Shown: positions 55,600 through 64,000 of the stretch, piece after piece
Position numbering within the stretch: position 1 is the first letter of the stretch
How the letters are laid out: each line of letters opens with the position of its first letter
IMG/VR virus record: IMGVR_UViG_3300020048_000062
Location: 34,938-98,937 of that record
Strand: one strand, 5' to 3'
Source of the DNA: a virus
Length of the DNA: 64,000 bases
Made by a program: the position numbers and the translations under genes
Notes under the pieces: generated by a model
Told to the model about the DNA's origin: nothing
The model's database searches: none
The model's input: the letters and a program-made list of their open reading frames with translations, nothing else

Positions 55600-57597
55600 A
55601 TGAGCGAAATTACAGAAAATACACTTACTGCATATCTCGGTCCTGAATTCCAACAACACCTAATGTGGCAGTTATTGGTATCGCCCGAATATGCTGAAAA
55701 AACAATACCTTCGTTAGCAATTGAGTACTTTGATGACCCAAATTTAAAAAGGTTGTTCATAGTAATATTAGAGTTTTTTAAGGAATTTGGTAAAGTACCT
55801 AACTTACAAAATCAAAGCATTCACCAAGCAATTAACAAATTCAAGACTCCCAATAACATTATTGAAGAAGAATCATTATTTTCTGCAATCAGGCGTATTG
55901 AATTATGGAATCAAAGAGTCATCAACAAAGAGTTGCTGCATAATGGTGATGTTGTACAAACTGCAACCAATACTTTTATAAAACAACAGGAGTACCGTAA
56001 GATTGGTGAATATATCATCGAAAAGACTAAAAATGGTGATATTAAGGGTAAAAACACTGTAGCCTACATTGAAGAGAGATTTCAAAAGGTTGCACACATT
56101 GGTGAACAAGAGGATGATTGTGAAGAAGTTATTGATAATATCGATTCGGCATTAAGATTAGAGTTTAGAAAGACAATACCAACAGGTATTGAAGTAATTG
56201 ACTCATTAACTGGTGGTGGATTGGGTAAGGGTGAAATTGGAGTTATTTTAACACCTTCTGGCGTTGGTAAAACAACAATACTCACCAAGATTGCTAACAC
56301 TGCATATGAAGATGAAAAGAATGTTGCACAAATTATCTTCGAAGATACTAAAGACCAGATTAAGCGTAAGCACTATACTATTTGGACTGGTATCGCATTA
56401 AGTCAGACCGACAATAATCTTGCCAAGGCGAAAGAACTTGTTCATAAGAAAGCTGATTCATTAAGGGGTAAGGGTAGACTTGTAATCAAACGATTTAGTC
56501 AGGAGAATACAACCATGGTTGATATTCGTAACTGGATGGCAGGTTATGAGAAAAAATGGAACTTCAAGTTCGATTTACTTGTACTTGACTACCTTGACTG
56601 TTTAGAGTCACATAAGAAAGACACACCAGACAGAAATGAGGCTGAATTAGCTATTATTAAGGGTTTTGAGACACTTGCATCTGATTTTGATATACCTGCA
56701 TGGACAGCCATTCAATCGAACCGTTCAGGCTTCGATGCTGAGTTTGTGGAAGCACATCAATCAGGTGGTAGTATTAAGAGAATTCAGAAAGCTCACTTCT
56801 TTATGAGCGTGGCTAAAACACCAGACCAAAAGGAAGCTCATTTAGCTAACATTAGAATTATTAAAGCAAGGTTTGCAACAGATGGTCAAACATTTAAAGA
56901 TTGTATTTTCAATAACGATACTATGGAAATTAGGATTGAAGATGATAGATTTAAGTACAATAAATTAAATGCAGGTAAAAAGAAGTATGGTGATGGTGAT
57001 ATTGATAAGTTGGAAAGTGATATGAGTAAGATACATGTCGCAGTTGGTAGTCCATATTCTGTGGAGGCTGCGATAGATAGAGCAAATTTGGAAACTGTTG
57101 GTGATGTGAGAAGTAATGCAATGTTGGATGATATGCGTAATAAATTCATGGAAGGAAAAGGATTAACTCCTAACGATAGCTTCGAACCGAAGGGTATGGA
57201 TGCGCAGGAAGAATTGAAAAGGATTATGCATGAAGATGTAAGTTATTTGGAACATGATGTTGAAAATGAAAAAATACAGCAGACTGCATATGATATTGTT
57301 CACACTGAGGGAATAAATGAGGGGGTAAGTGAGGGAGTAAATCCTGATGCCGTAAATGATACTGCAAGTGATGCCGTAACTGAGGGTGTAAATGAGGGTG
57401 TAAATGAGGGTGTAAATTTTCATCCAGAAGCAGACTTTCACGAGAAACAAATAAGAGAAGTTGCCGAATTACCATTAATTATTGGCAATGTTGAAGATTT
57501 CTTACTCGACCCCGATGCAATCATTGAAGGTAAGGATGATGTAAAAAATATTTTATTGGGAAAAAGAAATGTTCAAAATGTCTTGAAAAAAGATTAG
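55600..57597 (+). CDS. Replicative DNA helicase (DnaB/gp41-like) with a long acidic C-terminal extension
   Basis: IPTGI..ID....GGL.KGE....PSGVGKT, LVLDYLD, WTAIQSNR, KARF. Confidence 0.92.
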   Translation: MSEITENTLTAYLGPEFQQHLMWQLLVSPEYAEKTIPSLAIEYFDDPNLKRLFIVILEFFKEFGKVPNLQNQSIHQAINKFKTPNNIIEEESLFSAIRRIELWNQRVINKELLHNGDVVQTATNTFIKQQEYRKIGEYIIEKTKNGDIKGKNTVAYIEERFQKVAHIGEQEDDCEEVIDNIDSALRLEFRKTIPTGIEVIDSLTGGGLGKGEIGVILTPSGVGKTTILTKIANTAYEDEKNVAQIIFEDTKDQIKRKHYTIWTGIALSQTDNNLAKAKELVHKKADSLRGKGRLVIKRFSQENTTMVDIRNWMAGYEKKWNFKFDLLVLDYLDCLESHKKDTPDRNEAELAIIKGFETLASDFDIPAWTAIQSNRSGFDAEFVEAHQSGGSIKRIQKAHFFMSVAKTPDQKEAHLANIRIIKARFATDGQTFKDCIFNNDTMEIRIEDDRFKYNKLNAGKKKYGDGDIDKLESDMSKIHVAVGSPYSVEAAIDRANLETVGDVRSNAMLDDMRNKFMEGKGLTPNDSFEPKGMDAQEELKRIMHEDVSYLEHDVENEKIQQTAYDIVHTEGINEGVSEGVNPDAVNDTASDAVTEGVNEGVNEGVNFHPEADFHEKQIREVAELPLIIGNVEDFLLDPDAIIEGKDDVKNILLGKRNVQNVLKKD

Positions 57598-57658
57598 CTT
57601 TTTCGAAACTGGAACGTATTTATATTCCCAAGTGGATAGTTCTTAAATAAAAATATAT

Positions 57659-57741
57659 TGCGGGATGATAGAAGTTGGTATCTTAGGAGGCTCATAACCT
57701 TCCGTCATTTGACCTCGCAGGTTCGAGTCCTGCTCCCGCTA
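57659..57741 (+). tRNA. tRNA with CAT anticodon (Met or Ile2), extended variable arm, no encoded CCA
   Basis: Acceptor gcggga/tcccgc, anticodon arm ggagg-ctCATaa-ccttc, T arm gcagg-ttcgagt-cctgc; GTATTTAT at 57616-57623. Confidence 0.85.
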
Positions 57742-57883
57742 CGAATGCTCAGTTATTCTGTGCGAAACTTTTTTGGTTGTTGGTATCAGAGTTTTTAGCT
57801 AAAAACGGGGCATACCGCCTAACATTTAATTTATAGGTTAAGAATGGTTTTTATCGGTCATGCCGATTTTTTTCGAAAAAAGT

Positions 57884-57921
57884 AAACCCTGTGAGTGAAA
57901 AACTTGCAGGGTTTTTCGTTT
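57884..57921 (+). terminator. Intrinsic terminator
   Basis: aaaccctgtgagt-gaaaa-acttgcagggttt followed by ttcgttt. Confidence 0.75.
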
Positions 57922-58084
57922 CATATTGGTTTTGACATTATTTAATTTTTTAGTATTTATGTTTAACATCATCAGATCGAAATATTTGTAATTGTTAATT
58001 ACCCTTACATGATTAAAGTAATGAAAGTAAAAATCTTTCAAAAATACTTGAAAATAATATTATAAACATCTAATCATCAAATAT

Positions 58085-59224
58085 ATGGGATTTTATACTC
58101 GTCCAAATTTAGAGGACACTACATTCAAACAATTGGCTGGTAGTCAATTGACACTATCAGGTGAAACACGAATTGCCACAACAAGTGGTTTGACTTTAGC
58201 CGATGGTTTAGGTGGATATATACCAATCACACTAAGTGGTGCAAGTTTAACTACCGATAAATTTGTCTTAACATATCGAGACGATATTAAAAAGGTTGTG
58301 TTAATGTCTGGTGGTACTGGTGGTGATGGTTTATATACTTGTGCCTCACCTACCACGTGTACTGTTGGTGGACTAGCTGCTGGAACATCAATAGCAAATT
58401 GTAGTATTTCTAAAATTTTGGAAACCATATTAGTTCCTGCATTAGTTCCGACATTAACAGCACCATTCGCCACATTTACCGTTCTTACTAATCCCGTTTC
58501 ACCGTCACTCGTATTTGAAATTGGTAGTAGTATTAGTGTAACTGGTACTACGACATTAAATAGAGGTACTGTTTCTCCAGTATATTGTAGTGGTGCTTCC
58601 ACTAGAATTGGTAGTTCTTCATGTTATGATTATACGTCAATTTGGGGCACATGTTCAATCATTAGCTCAAGTTCACCTAATAGTGTTTGTTTTCTTAATC
58701 AAACAGTTAACACCAATAATACTGTTGGAAGCATAGTATGTTATTTAAGTGGTGAAACTGCATATAATTGTGCAGGTGCACCTTATGGGGGTGTATGTCC
58801 TTCTGGTACTTTTTCAAACAGTCAACCAATAACTGGTTTATATCCATATTTCTATGGTAAGGTGGGTAGTTGTGGAAGTGCTGCTGGTGCTAATAGACCG
58901 ACACCAACAGTATCATTAATTACTGGTGGCACTAAAATAGTTGCAAGTAGTGTGGGTACAATTAACGTCACATTTAATAGCAGTTCTGATGATTATATAT
59001 GGTTTGCAATTCCAAATGCAAGTGCGTCAAAAACTAAATGGTATGTTGATGCATTGAATAATGGTACTATTGGTGGTGTTGTATCTGCTGGCGGTAATTT
59101 ATTTCCTGCCGAAAATTCAGTAACTGGTGTTGGGACAATATATTGGAGTGGTCAGACATATAAATTATATATAAGTAATTATCAATCAGCATCTACATCT
59201 GTAATGCAACTAAAAAATAGCTAA
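58085..59224 (+). CDS. Ser/Thr/Gly/Cys-rich virion appendage protein
   Basis: 379 aa; TVGGL.AGT, YPYFYG, YIWFAIP; nine [ST]Gx[TS] motifs; GTATTTAT at 57953-57960. Confidence 0.65.
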   Translation: MGFYTRPNLEDTTFKQLAGSQLTLSGETRIATTSGLTLADGLGGYIPITLSGASLTTDKFVLTYRDDIKKVVLMSGGTGGDGLYTCASPTTCTVGGLAAGTSIANCSISKILETILVPALVPTLTAPFATFTVLTNPVSPSLVFEIGSSISVTGTTTLNRGTVSPVYCSGASTRIGSSSCYDYTSIWGTCSIISSSSPNSVCFLNQTVNTNNTVGSIVCYLSGETAYNCAGAPYGGVCPSGTFSNSQPITGLYPYFYGKVGSCGSAAGANRPTPTVSLITGGTKIVASSVGTINVTFNSSSDDYIWFAIPNASASKTKWYVDALNNGTIGGVVSAGGNLFPAENSVTGVGTIYWSGQTYKLYISNYQSASTSVMQLKNS

Positions 59225-59238
59225 AAAAATATAGAAAA

Positions 59239-62200
59239 ATGGCAATCATATTAAACGATAACATTAAGATAAATGCAGGTAAACCTATTGATACAAGATA
59301 TTTAAATAGTGGTAATACTGCATATCCAGTAAAATCATCTGTTTTTACAGCAATACCGATTAGTGAAAGATATGTTGGATTAACAGTTTTAGTAAATTCA
59401 GGAAGTGTAGGTAATGTTGAACTTTGGTTTAAGACAGGTGTAACTGATACTGATTTAATCGAAAAGAAATACGATTCACTACTTCCAATAAGTGACTATG
59501 TTACTGGTGCAACAAATGTGGGATATTTTAGTGGCTTTACAGGTATACAAACTTTACCAATTAACCATTTAACCAATAATGCTTTTGATGGTGCATATCA
59601 ATCACTTTACAATTATTATTATAGGGGGGTTGATGGCAAAATTAATATTGGCGTTCCGAGTGATGGTATCGCTAGAAGAGGATATCTCAAATCAGCACCA
59701 ACAACCCAATCATGGATTTGGAGTGATTATGATGGTGGTAGCGAAATTGCTGGTTGGACATTAATTAGTGGAAATATTGCAAATCAGGTTGGGACATTCC
59801 AATTTGCTGGTGCTCCCTTATATTATAATGGCACGACAACATTTCCATATACTGAAACTGGTTGGACAACTGGAAATGTGTATAATGGTGGTCTAGGCAT
59901 AAATCTTGTTATAGATACTGTTACTGGTGATTTAGAAACTGGCAATACTTTGACAGTTGGTGCACGACCATTTGCATTTAAAGATAATAACGATTTAATT
60001 TTAAGATCAATTGTTTCAGATACACCTAATACCATACGTGTATGGGATGATGATAATGCTTTAATTCATTTATCTGCATCAACTTCATCTTACTCATTCA
60101 ATAATAAAAACATTGGAAGTGGCGCAATTGTGTATAGTGGTCAAACTGGTTCAACGTTCTTGTTTAAAACAATTATTGGTAGTGGTAGTACTTTGGTTAC
60201 TAATAATGCATGTGAAATAATAATAACTTCAAGTGGTTCAGGTGGTGATGTTTATGCTTGTAATGGTTTATCTAAAATCGGTAGTACTATTGTATTAGGT
60301 GGAACATTGACAGGTATAACTAGCATCAACACAAACAATAGTACATTATTTATAGGTAGTCCTAGTGCGTGTATTGGATATTCCTCATATGAGGGTGGTG
60401 ATGGAAATATTCTTTCAATTGGTGGAACTTATGAAGTAAACACAACTCATTCAAATATTACTATTGATTCAGATCACGGTTCAATGTATTTGCTTAGTAA
60501 TTCTAATAATTGTTATAGTGAAATTGATATTGATTATAATCTTGCTGAAATGTATTCTGGTGATGATTATTATGAATCTAAAATTTCAGTCACGCCATAT
60601 AGTGTTTCGTTGAATAATGGTGTAAATAGTAGTTTCTTTAGCATTGAAACAGGTAATACATATGTTGGAGGTTTATTGGGTTCATTTAAAGGTCTCGAAT
60701 ATTTGCACGATTACAGATGTTCATATACCAATCGTTCGCTTATCGATAAAGAATATGTTGAAAACAATTATTTATCGCTTTATCAACAAACACAACAAAC
60801 TGTATGTGGGAATCCAATATTTAACTCAATACAATTAAATGACGTTCTTACCTCAATGGTTACTGGTACTACTGCACCATTTATAATTAACTCAACAGAG
60901 CTGAACACAAATCTAAATGCTGACTTACTTGATGGTCATCATTTTAGCGATACTTTAGCTGGAAACAACGGTGAAATTCAATTCAATAATTCAGGTTCTG
61001 TTGGTGCAAGTAGTGGCTTAACTTGGAATATTTCAACACAGGCATTAAAGGTTGGCGACATAGCAATTAAATCTGGTTGTATAATTGGTAATATGTTTAT
61101 TGGTAAATGTATTACCAACACAACAGGTTCGATGAATACTATTGTTGGAAATACTTCATTTACTGGTAATACCAGTGGTTCTGCTAATGCAGCATTTGGT
61201 TATAATTCGTTATTGCACAATACTTTGGGTGTGCATAATACGGGTATTGGTAAAAGTACTTTAGGGTCTAACACGAGTGGTTCATATAATACTGCTATTG
61301 GTTCGACTGCACTTGCAAACGGTACTAGTGGATGTCAAAATACTGCTGTTGGTTATATGTCCATGAATTATAGCTCAAGTGGGTGTTTTAATACAGCAAT
61401 AGGTACGTGTTCGTTATGGGGTAATGGTACTGGATATGAAAATACTGGTGTTGGCTATTTATCACTAAGAAATAATTTGTCAGCACGACAAAATACTGGT
61501 ATCGGAACATGTTCATTGTATTCAAGCGTTGATGGTTATGGTAATACTGGCGTTGGTTATGGAACATTGTATTTCAATGTTAGTGGATGTACAAACACTG
61601 CAATTGGATATCAATCATTTTTAAACAATATTTCGGGGTCATCTACAATTGCAATTGGATTTTCGGCAGGTAGATATCACAGCGATGGCACTACTTGTTT
61701 GAAAGAATCAAATCACTCAATCTATATTGGTTCTAATACAAGAGGCTACAATAATTCAGATGTAAATTCTGTTGTTATTGGTGCTTGTGCAATTGGTATT
61801 GGTGCTAATTCAATTGTATTGGGTGATAGTAACATTACTAAAACACAGCTTACTGGTAACTTATTAATGCGTGTTGACAACGCATATGATATTGGCGAAG
61901 AAAGTAATTATAGACCAAGACACGTTTATACAACAGGTAACGCTGTTATTGGTAACGATACTACGTATGACCTTAGATTTGCATATTTAAGACGTGCAAA
62001 TAGTTTCACTCCTTCAATAACGAAAGATGTTTACACACTCATACCCATTAGTGGCTATACTGATGGGGGTAATAATAGAATAACAGTAAATAAATTTGAT
62101 TTTCTCATTGAAGACGCTGGAAATTATATTATCGAGTTAGGTGGAAATATTGTGGGGGTAAATGTATCTGCAACCACATATAACATGAGAATTCTTCTAA

Positions 62201-62409
62201 ATGGTAGTCCTTATTGGGAAAGTAAAGTTACCACATTTGGTAATGCAGCATATATCAATTTTAATACTAAAGTTTATGCATATATGTTGGACGATGGCGT
62301 TGCAATTAGCTTCGATATAACAAATCTAAGTAGTAATGATGACCCAACCATATCAAATTCATATATACACATTAGAAAAGAAAATAATCCATATGTTCTT
62401 CTCCCATAA
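59239..62409 (+). CDS. Tail fibre-like protein with 14-aa beta-roll repeats
   Basis: 1056 aa; NLNADLLDG, GEIQFNNSG, NTAIG..SL..N..G repeats, C-terminal beta-sandwich-like region. Confidence 0.75.
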   Translation: MAIILNDNIKINAGKPIDTRYLNSGNTAYPVKSSVFTAIPISERYVGLTVLVNSGSVGNVELWFKTGVTDTDLIEKKYDSLLPISDYVTGATNVGYFSGFTGIQTLPINHLTNNAFDGAYQSLYNYYYRGVDGKINIGVPSDGIARRGYLKSAPTTQSWIWSDYDGGSEIAGWTLISGNIANQVGTFQFAGAPLYYNGTTTFPYTETGWTTGNVYNGGLGINLVIDTVTGDLETGNTLTVGARPFAFKDNNDLILRSIVSDTPNTIRVWDDDNALIHLSASTSSYSFNNKNIGSGAIVYSGQTGSTFLFKTIIGSGSTLVTNNACEIIITSSGSGGDVYACNGLSKIGSTIVLGGTLTGITSINTNNSTLFIGSPSACIGYSSYEGGDGNILSIGGTYEVNTTHSNITIDSDHGSMYLLSNSNNCYSEIDIDYNLAEMYSGDDYYESKISVTPYSVSLNNGVNSSFFSIETGNTYVGGLLGSFKGLEYLHDYRCSYTNRSLIDKEYVENNYLSLYQQTQQTVCGNPIFNSIQLNDVLTSMVTGTTAPFIINSTELNTNLNADLLDGHHFSDTLAGNNGEIQFNNSGSVGASSGLTWNISTQALKVGDIAIKSGCIIGNMFIGKCITNTTGSMNTIVGNTSFTGNTSGSANAAFGYNSLLHNTLGVHNTGIGKSTLGSNTSGSYNTAIGSTALANGTSGCQNTAVGYMSMNYSSSGCFNTAIGTCSLWGNGTGYENTGVGYLSLRNNLSARQNTGIGTCSLYSSVDGYGNTGVGYGTLYFNVSGCTNTAIGYQSFLNNISGSSTIAIGFSAGRYHSDGTTCLKESNHSIYIGSNTRGYNNSDVNSVVIGACAIGIGANSIVLGDSNITKTQLTGNLLMRVDNAYDIGEESNYRPRHVYTTGNAVIGNDTTYDLRFAYLRRANSFTPSITKDVYTLIPISGYTDGGNNRITVNKFDFLIEDAGNYIIELGGNIVGVNVSATTYNMRILLNGSPYWESKVTTFGNAAYINFNTKVYAYMLDDGVAISFDITNLSSNDDPTISNSYIHIRKENNPYVLLP

Positions 62410-62451
62410 ATTGTTTTTTCTGAAACTTCAACGTATTTATAAAAAAATATA

Positions 62452-62561
62452 AAAAATTATAATAAAACGTTGTTGATTCAATTAACAGAAAAAAATAAAT
62501 TATGAAAAATTATAATAAAACGTTGTTGATTCAATTAACAGAAAAAAATAAATTATGAAAA
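62452..62561 (+). repeat. Exact 53-bp tandem duplication covering a translation-initiation region
   Basis: aaaaattataataaaacgttgttgattcaattaacagaaaaaaataaattatg twice. Confidence 0.92.
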
Positions 62562-63499
62562 TTAATAAAACTAGTAAGAACGACACTATGAAAAATGATG
62601 GGACAATAAAACCAGACGATAAATTCGTGATATTTCACACAGAAGGTGGACATGGAAAACAAGTATCTGCAACGGCAGTTTGTCGTGCAATAAAAAAAGC
62701 ATATCCAGATAGAAAATTAATTGTTGTTACAGCGTGGGACGGACCGTTTTTCTATAATCCAGACGTGTGGCGATTCTATACGTTCAATCAGATGCAATAT
62801 TTCTATGATGATTATGTTAATGCCGACACAAAAATCTTTAGACAAGAAGTTTACCATACCGAAGACCATATATTGGGTAGAAAACATCTTGTTGAATCAT
62901 GGTGTAGCATGATGGGTATTCCTTCGGATGGTATTACACCTAAAATCTATTTAAACCCAAGAGAACTTGAAATCGCAAAAGATAAAGTGAAACCAGATGG
63001 TAGACCAATAATGTTGTTACAAACACATGGTGGGTCACCTACTGGACAATATTCAAAGAAATCTTGGTTTAGGGATATGCCAATCGAAATCGCACAAAAA
63101 CTTGCAAATCACTATAGTAAATCGTACCGTATACTACATATTAAATCTCCAGAACAACCAGTGCTTCAAAACGTAGAACCATTGACACTACCGCTTAGAG
63201 AATTATATGCAGTATTTCCTTTATCTACCAAAAGATTATTCATCGATAGCTTTGCTCAACACGTAGCAGCAGCTTTGGGACTACAGAGCACCGTTGTTTG
63301 GATTGGAAATAAACCCGAAGTATTTGGCTATCCTGAACATATTAATATAATGTCAAATGCTAATTACGTTAGAGAGTTGAATAAGTTTAGTTATTTAGAT
63401 CAATTCGATATTTCAGGACAGGTTCAACAATTTCCATACGATACAGTTAATTTATTTGATACCAATCAAATAATTAAAGCAGTTGATATGCAAAAATAA
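62555..63499 (+). CDS. GT9-like (heptosyltransferase-like) GT-B glycosyltransferase
   Basis: GG.G..V.ATAV...IKKAYPD..LIV, FIDSF.QH.AAALG....V.W.....FGY; GTATTTAT at 62433-62440. Confidence 0.75.
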   Translation: MKINKTSKNDTMKNDGTIKPDDKFVIFHTEGGHGKQVSATAVCRAIKKAYPDRKLIVVTAWDGPFFYNPDVWRFYTFNQMQYFYDDYVNADTKIFRQEVYHTEDHILGRKHLVESWCSMMGIPSDGITPKIYLNPRELEIAKDKVKPDGRPIMLLQTHGGSPTGQYSKKSWFRDMPIEIAQKLANHYSKSYRILHIKSPEQPVLQNVEPLTLPLRELYAVFPLSTKRLFIDSFAQHVAAALGLQSTVVWIGNKPEVFGYPEHINIMSNANYVRELNKFSYLDQFDISGQVQQFPYDTVNLFDTNQIIKAVDMQK

Positions 63500-63518
63500 A
63501 TGAATTAACATTATTAAT

Positions 63519-63556
63519 AACAAAAAACCCATCGAATCCTGATGGGTTTTTTGTTT
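63519..63556 (+). terminator. Intrinsic (possibly bidirectional) terminator
   Basis: aacaaaaaacccatc ... gatgggttttttgtt. Confidence 0.8.
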
Positions 63557-63588
63557 GTGAAAAGTATTTATCTTAAAACGTATATAAT

Positions 63589-64000
63589 ATGGGAACATTT
63601 GCAATTGACTTATTAAGTGGTAATGAATTTTTATTTAATGGTGATTTTGGTGGTGGTGGTACTGGCAGTACTACAATCACAGCCAATAACGGCTTAACTA
63701 AATTAGGCGATAATATTGCTTTAGGGGGAACATTGACGGGTAATACTACTATTGATGTTGATACTAATTATCTCGATTTTAAAGATTATGTGTTTAATGG
63801 TTCAGGTATGACGATTGGAAGTGGATTTAATAATTATGTTAGGTCAATAGCAATTCAATCCGATGGAAAGCTAATTCTTGGTGGTAATTATTTTGCATTA
63901 TACAATGGAACATCAGCCAATAGGATAATAAGGCTTAATTCAAATGGTAGTATTGATACAAGTTTCGTCTATGGAACTGGTTTAAATGATTATGGTGTTG
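63589..64000 (+). CDS. Virion protein with delta-60 (DUF5122) beta-propeller repeats, truncated at the window edge
   Basis: Translated by hand: MGTFAIDLLSG...VRSIAIQSDGKLILGG...IIRLNSNGSIDTSF; GTATTTAT at 63564-63571. Confidence 0.8.
   Translation, partial: MGTFAIDLLSGNEFLFNGDFGGGGTGSTTITANNGLTKLGDNIALGGTLTGNTTIDVDTNYLDFKDYVFNGSGMTIGSGFNNYVRSIAIQSDGKLILGGNYFALYNGTSANRIIRLNSNGSIDTSFVYGTGLNDYGV

Noticed and set aside
52472-57597. Inteins in RecA or the helicase
   Set aside because: Core motifs are contiguous, with no C...HN splice junctions; the extra length is in low-complexity tails
1355-62912. Other short ORFs overlapping major genes (e.g. 1355..1693, 16429..16824, 25900..26286, 52456..52893, 58144..58602)
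   Set aside because: They lie inside well-supported genes, lack motifs, and are expected by chance
1-64000. Stop-codon reassignment as seen in some large Bacteroidota phages
   Set aside because: Standard-code ORFs are full length and tile the window; TAA, TAG and TGA all end genes at sensible positions

Overview
An AT-rich, densely coding 64-kb segment of a large T4-like (contractile-tailed) bacteriophage genome, read in standard genetic code. The host is very likely a Bacteroidota: six TTG/TTTG-N19-20-TAnnTTTG promoters precede the non-structural operons. Contents: nucleotide metabolism genes (thyA, dut, HAD enzymes, phoH), a tail/baseplate module (sheath, tube, gp5-like spike, tail assembly chaperone with a -1 slippery site, tape measure, OmpA-domain baseplate protein), a putative phage sigma factor, an 8-kb glycosylation cluster plus three more glycosyltransferases, putative head-internal proteins, several fibre proteins (one with about 105 tandem 14-aa repeats), a replication/recombination block (SSB, RecA/UvsX, 5'-3' exonuclease, DnaB-like helicase), three free-standing homing endonucleases and one unusual tRNA-CAT. 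A GTATTTAT motif marks 19 transcription units. The best candidate for an undescribed system is phage-encoded virion glycosylation: a short [S/T]-G-x-[T/S] motif is strongly over-represented in virion proteins and rare elsewhere, alongside the phage's own glycan enzymes. Other leads: two small capsid-protein-like paralogues (one flanked by exact 30-bp gene-junction repeats), a promoter-driven structured non-coding region, and a shared N-terminal tag on adjacent head proteins. All functional calls come from motif recognition by eye; no searches were run.
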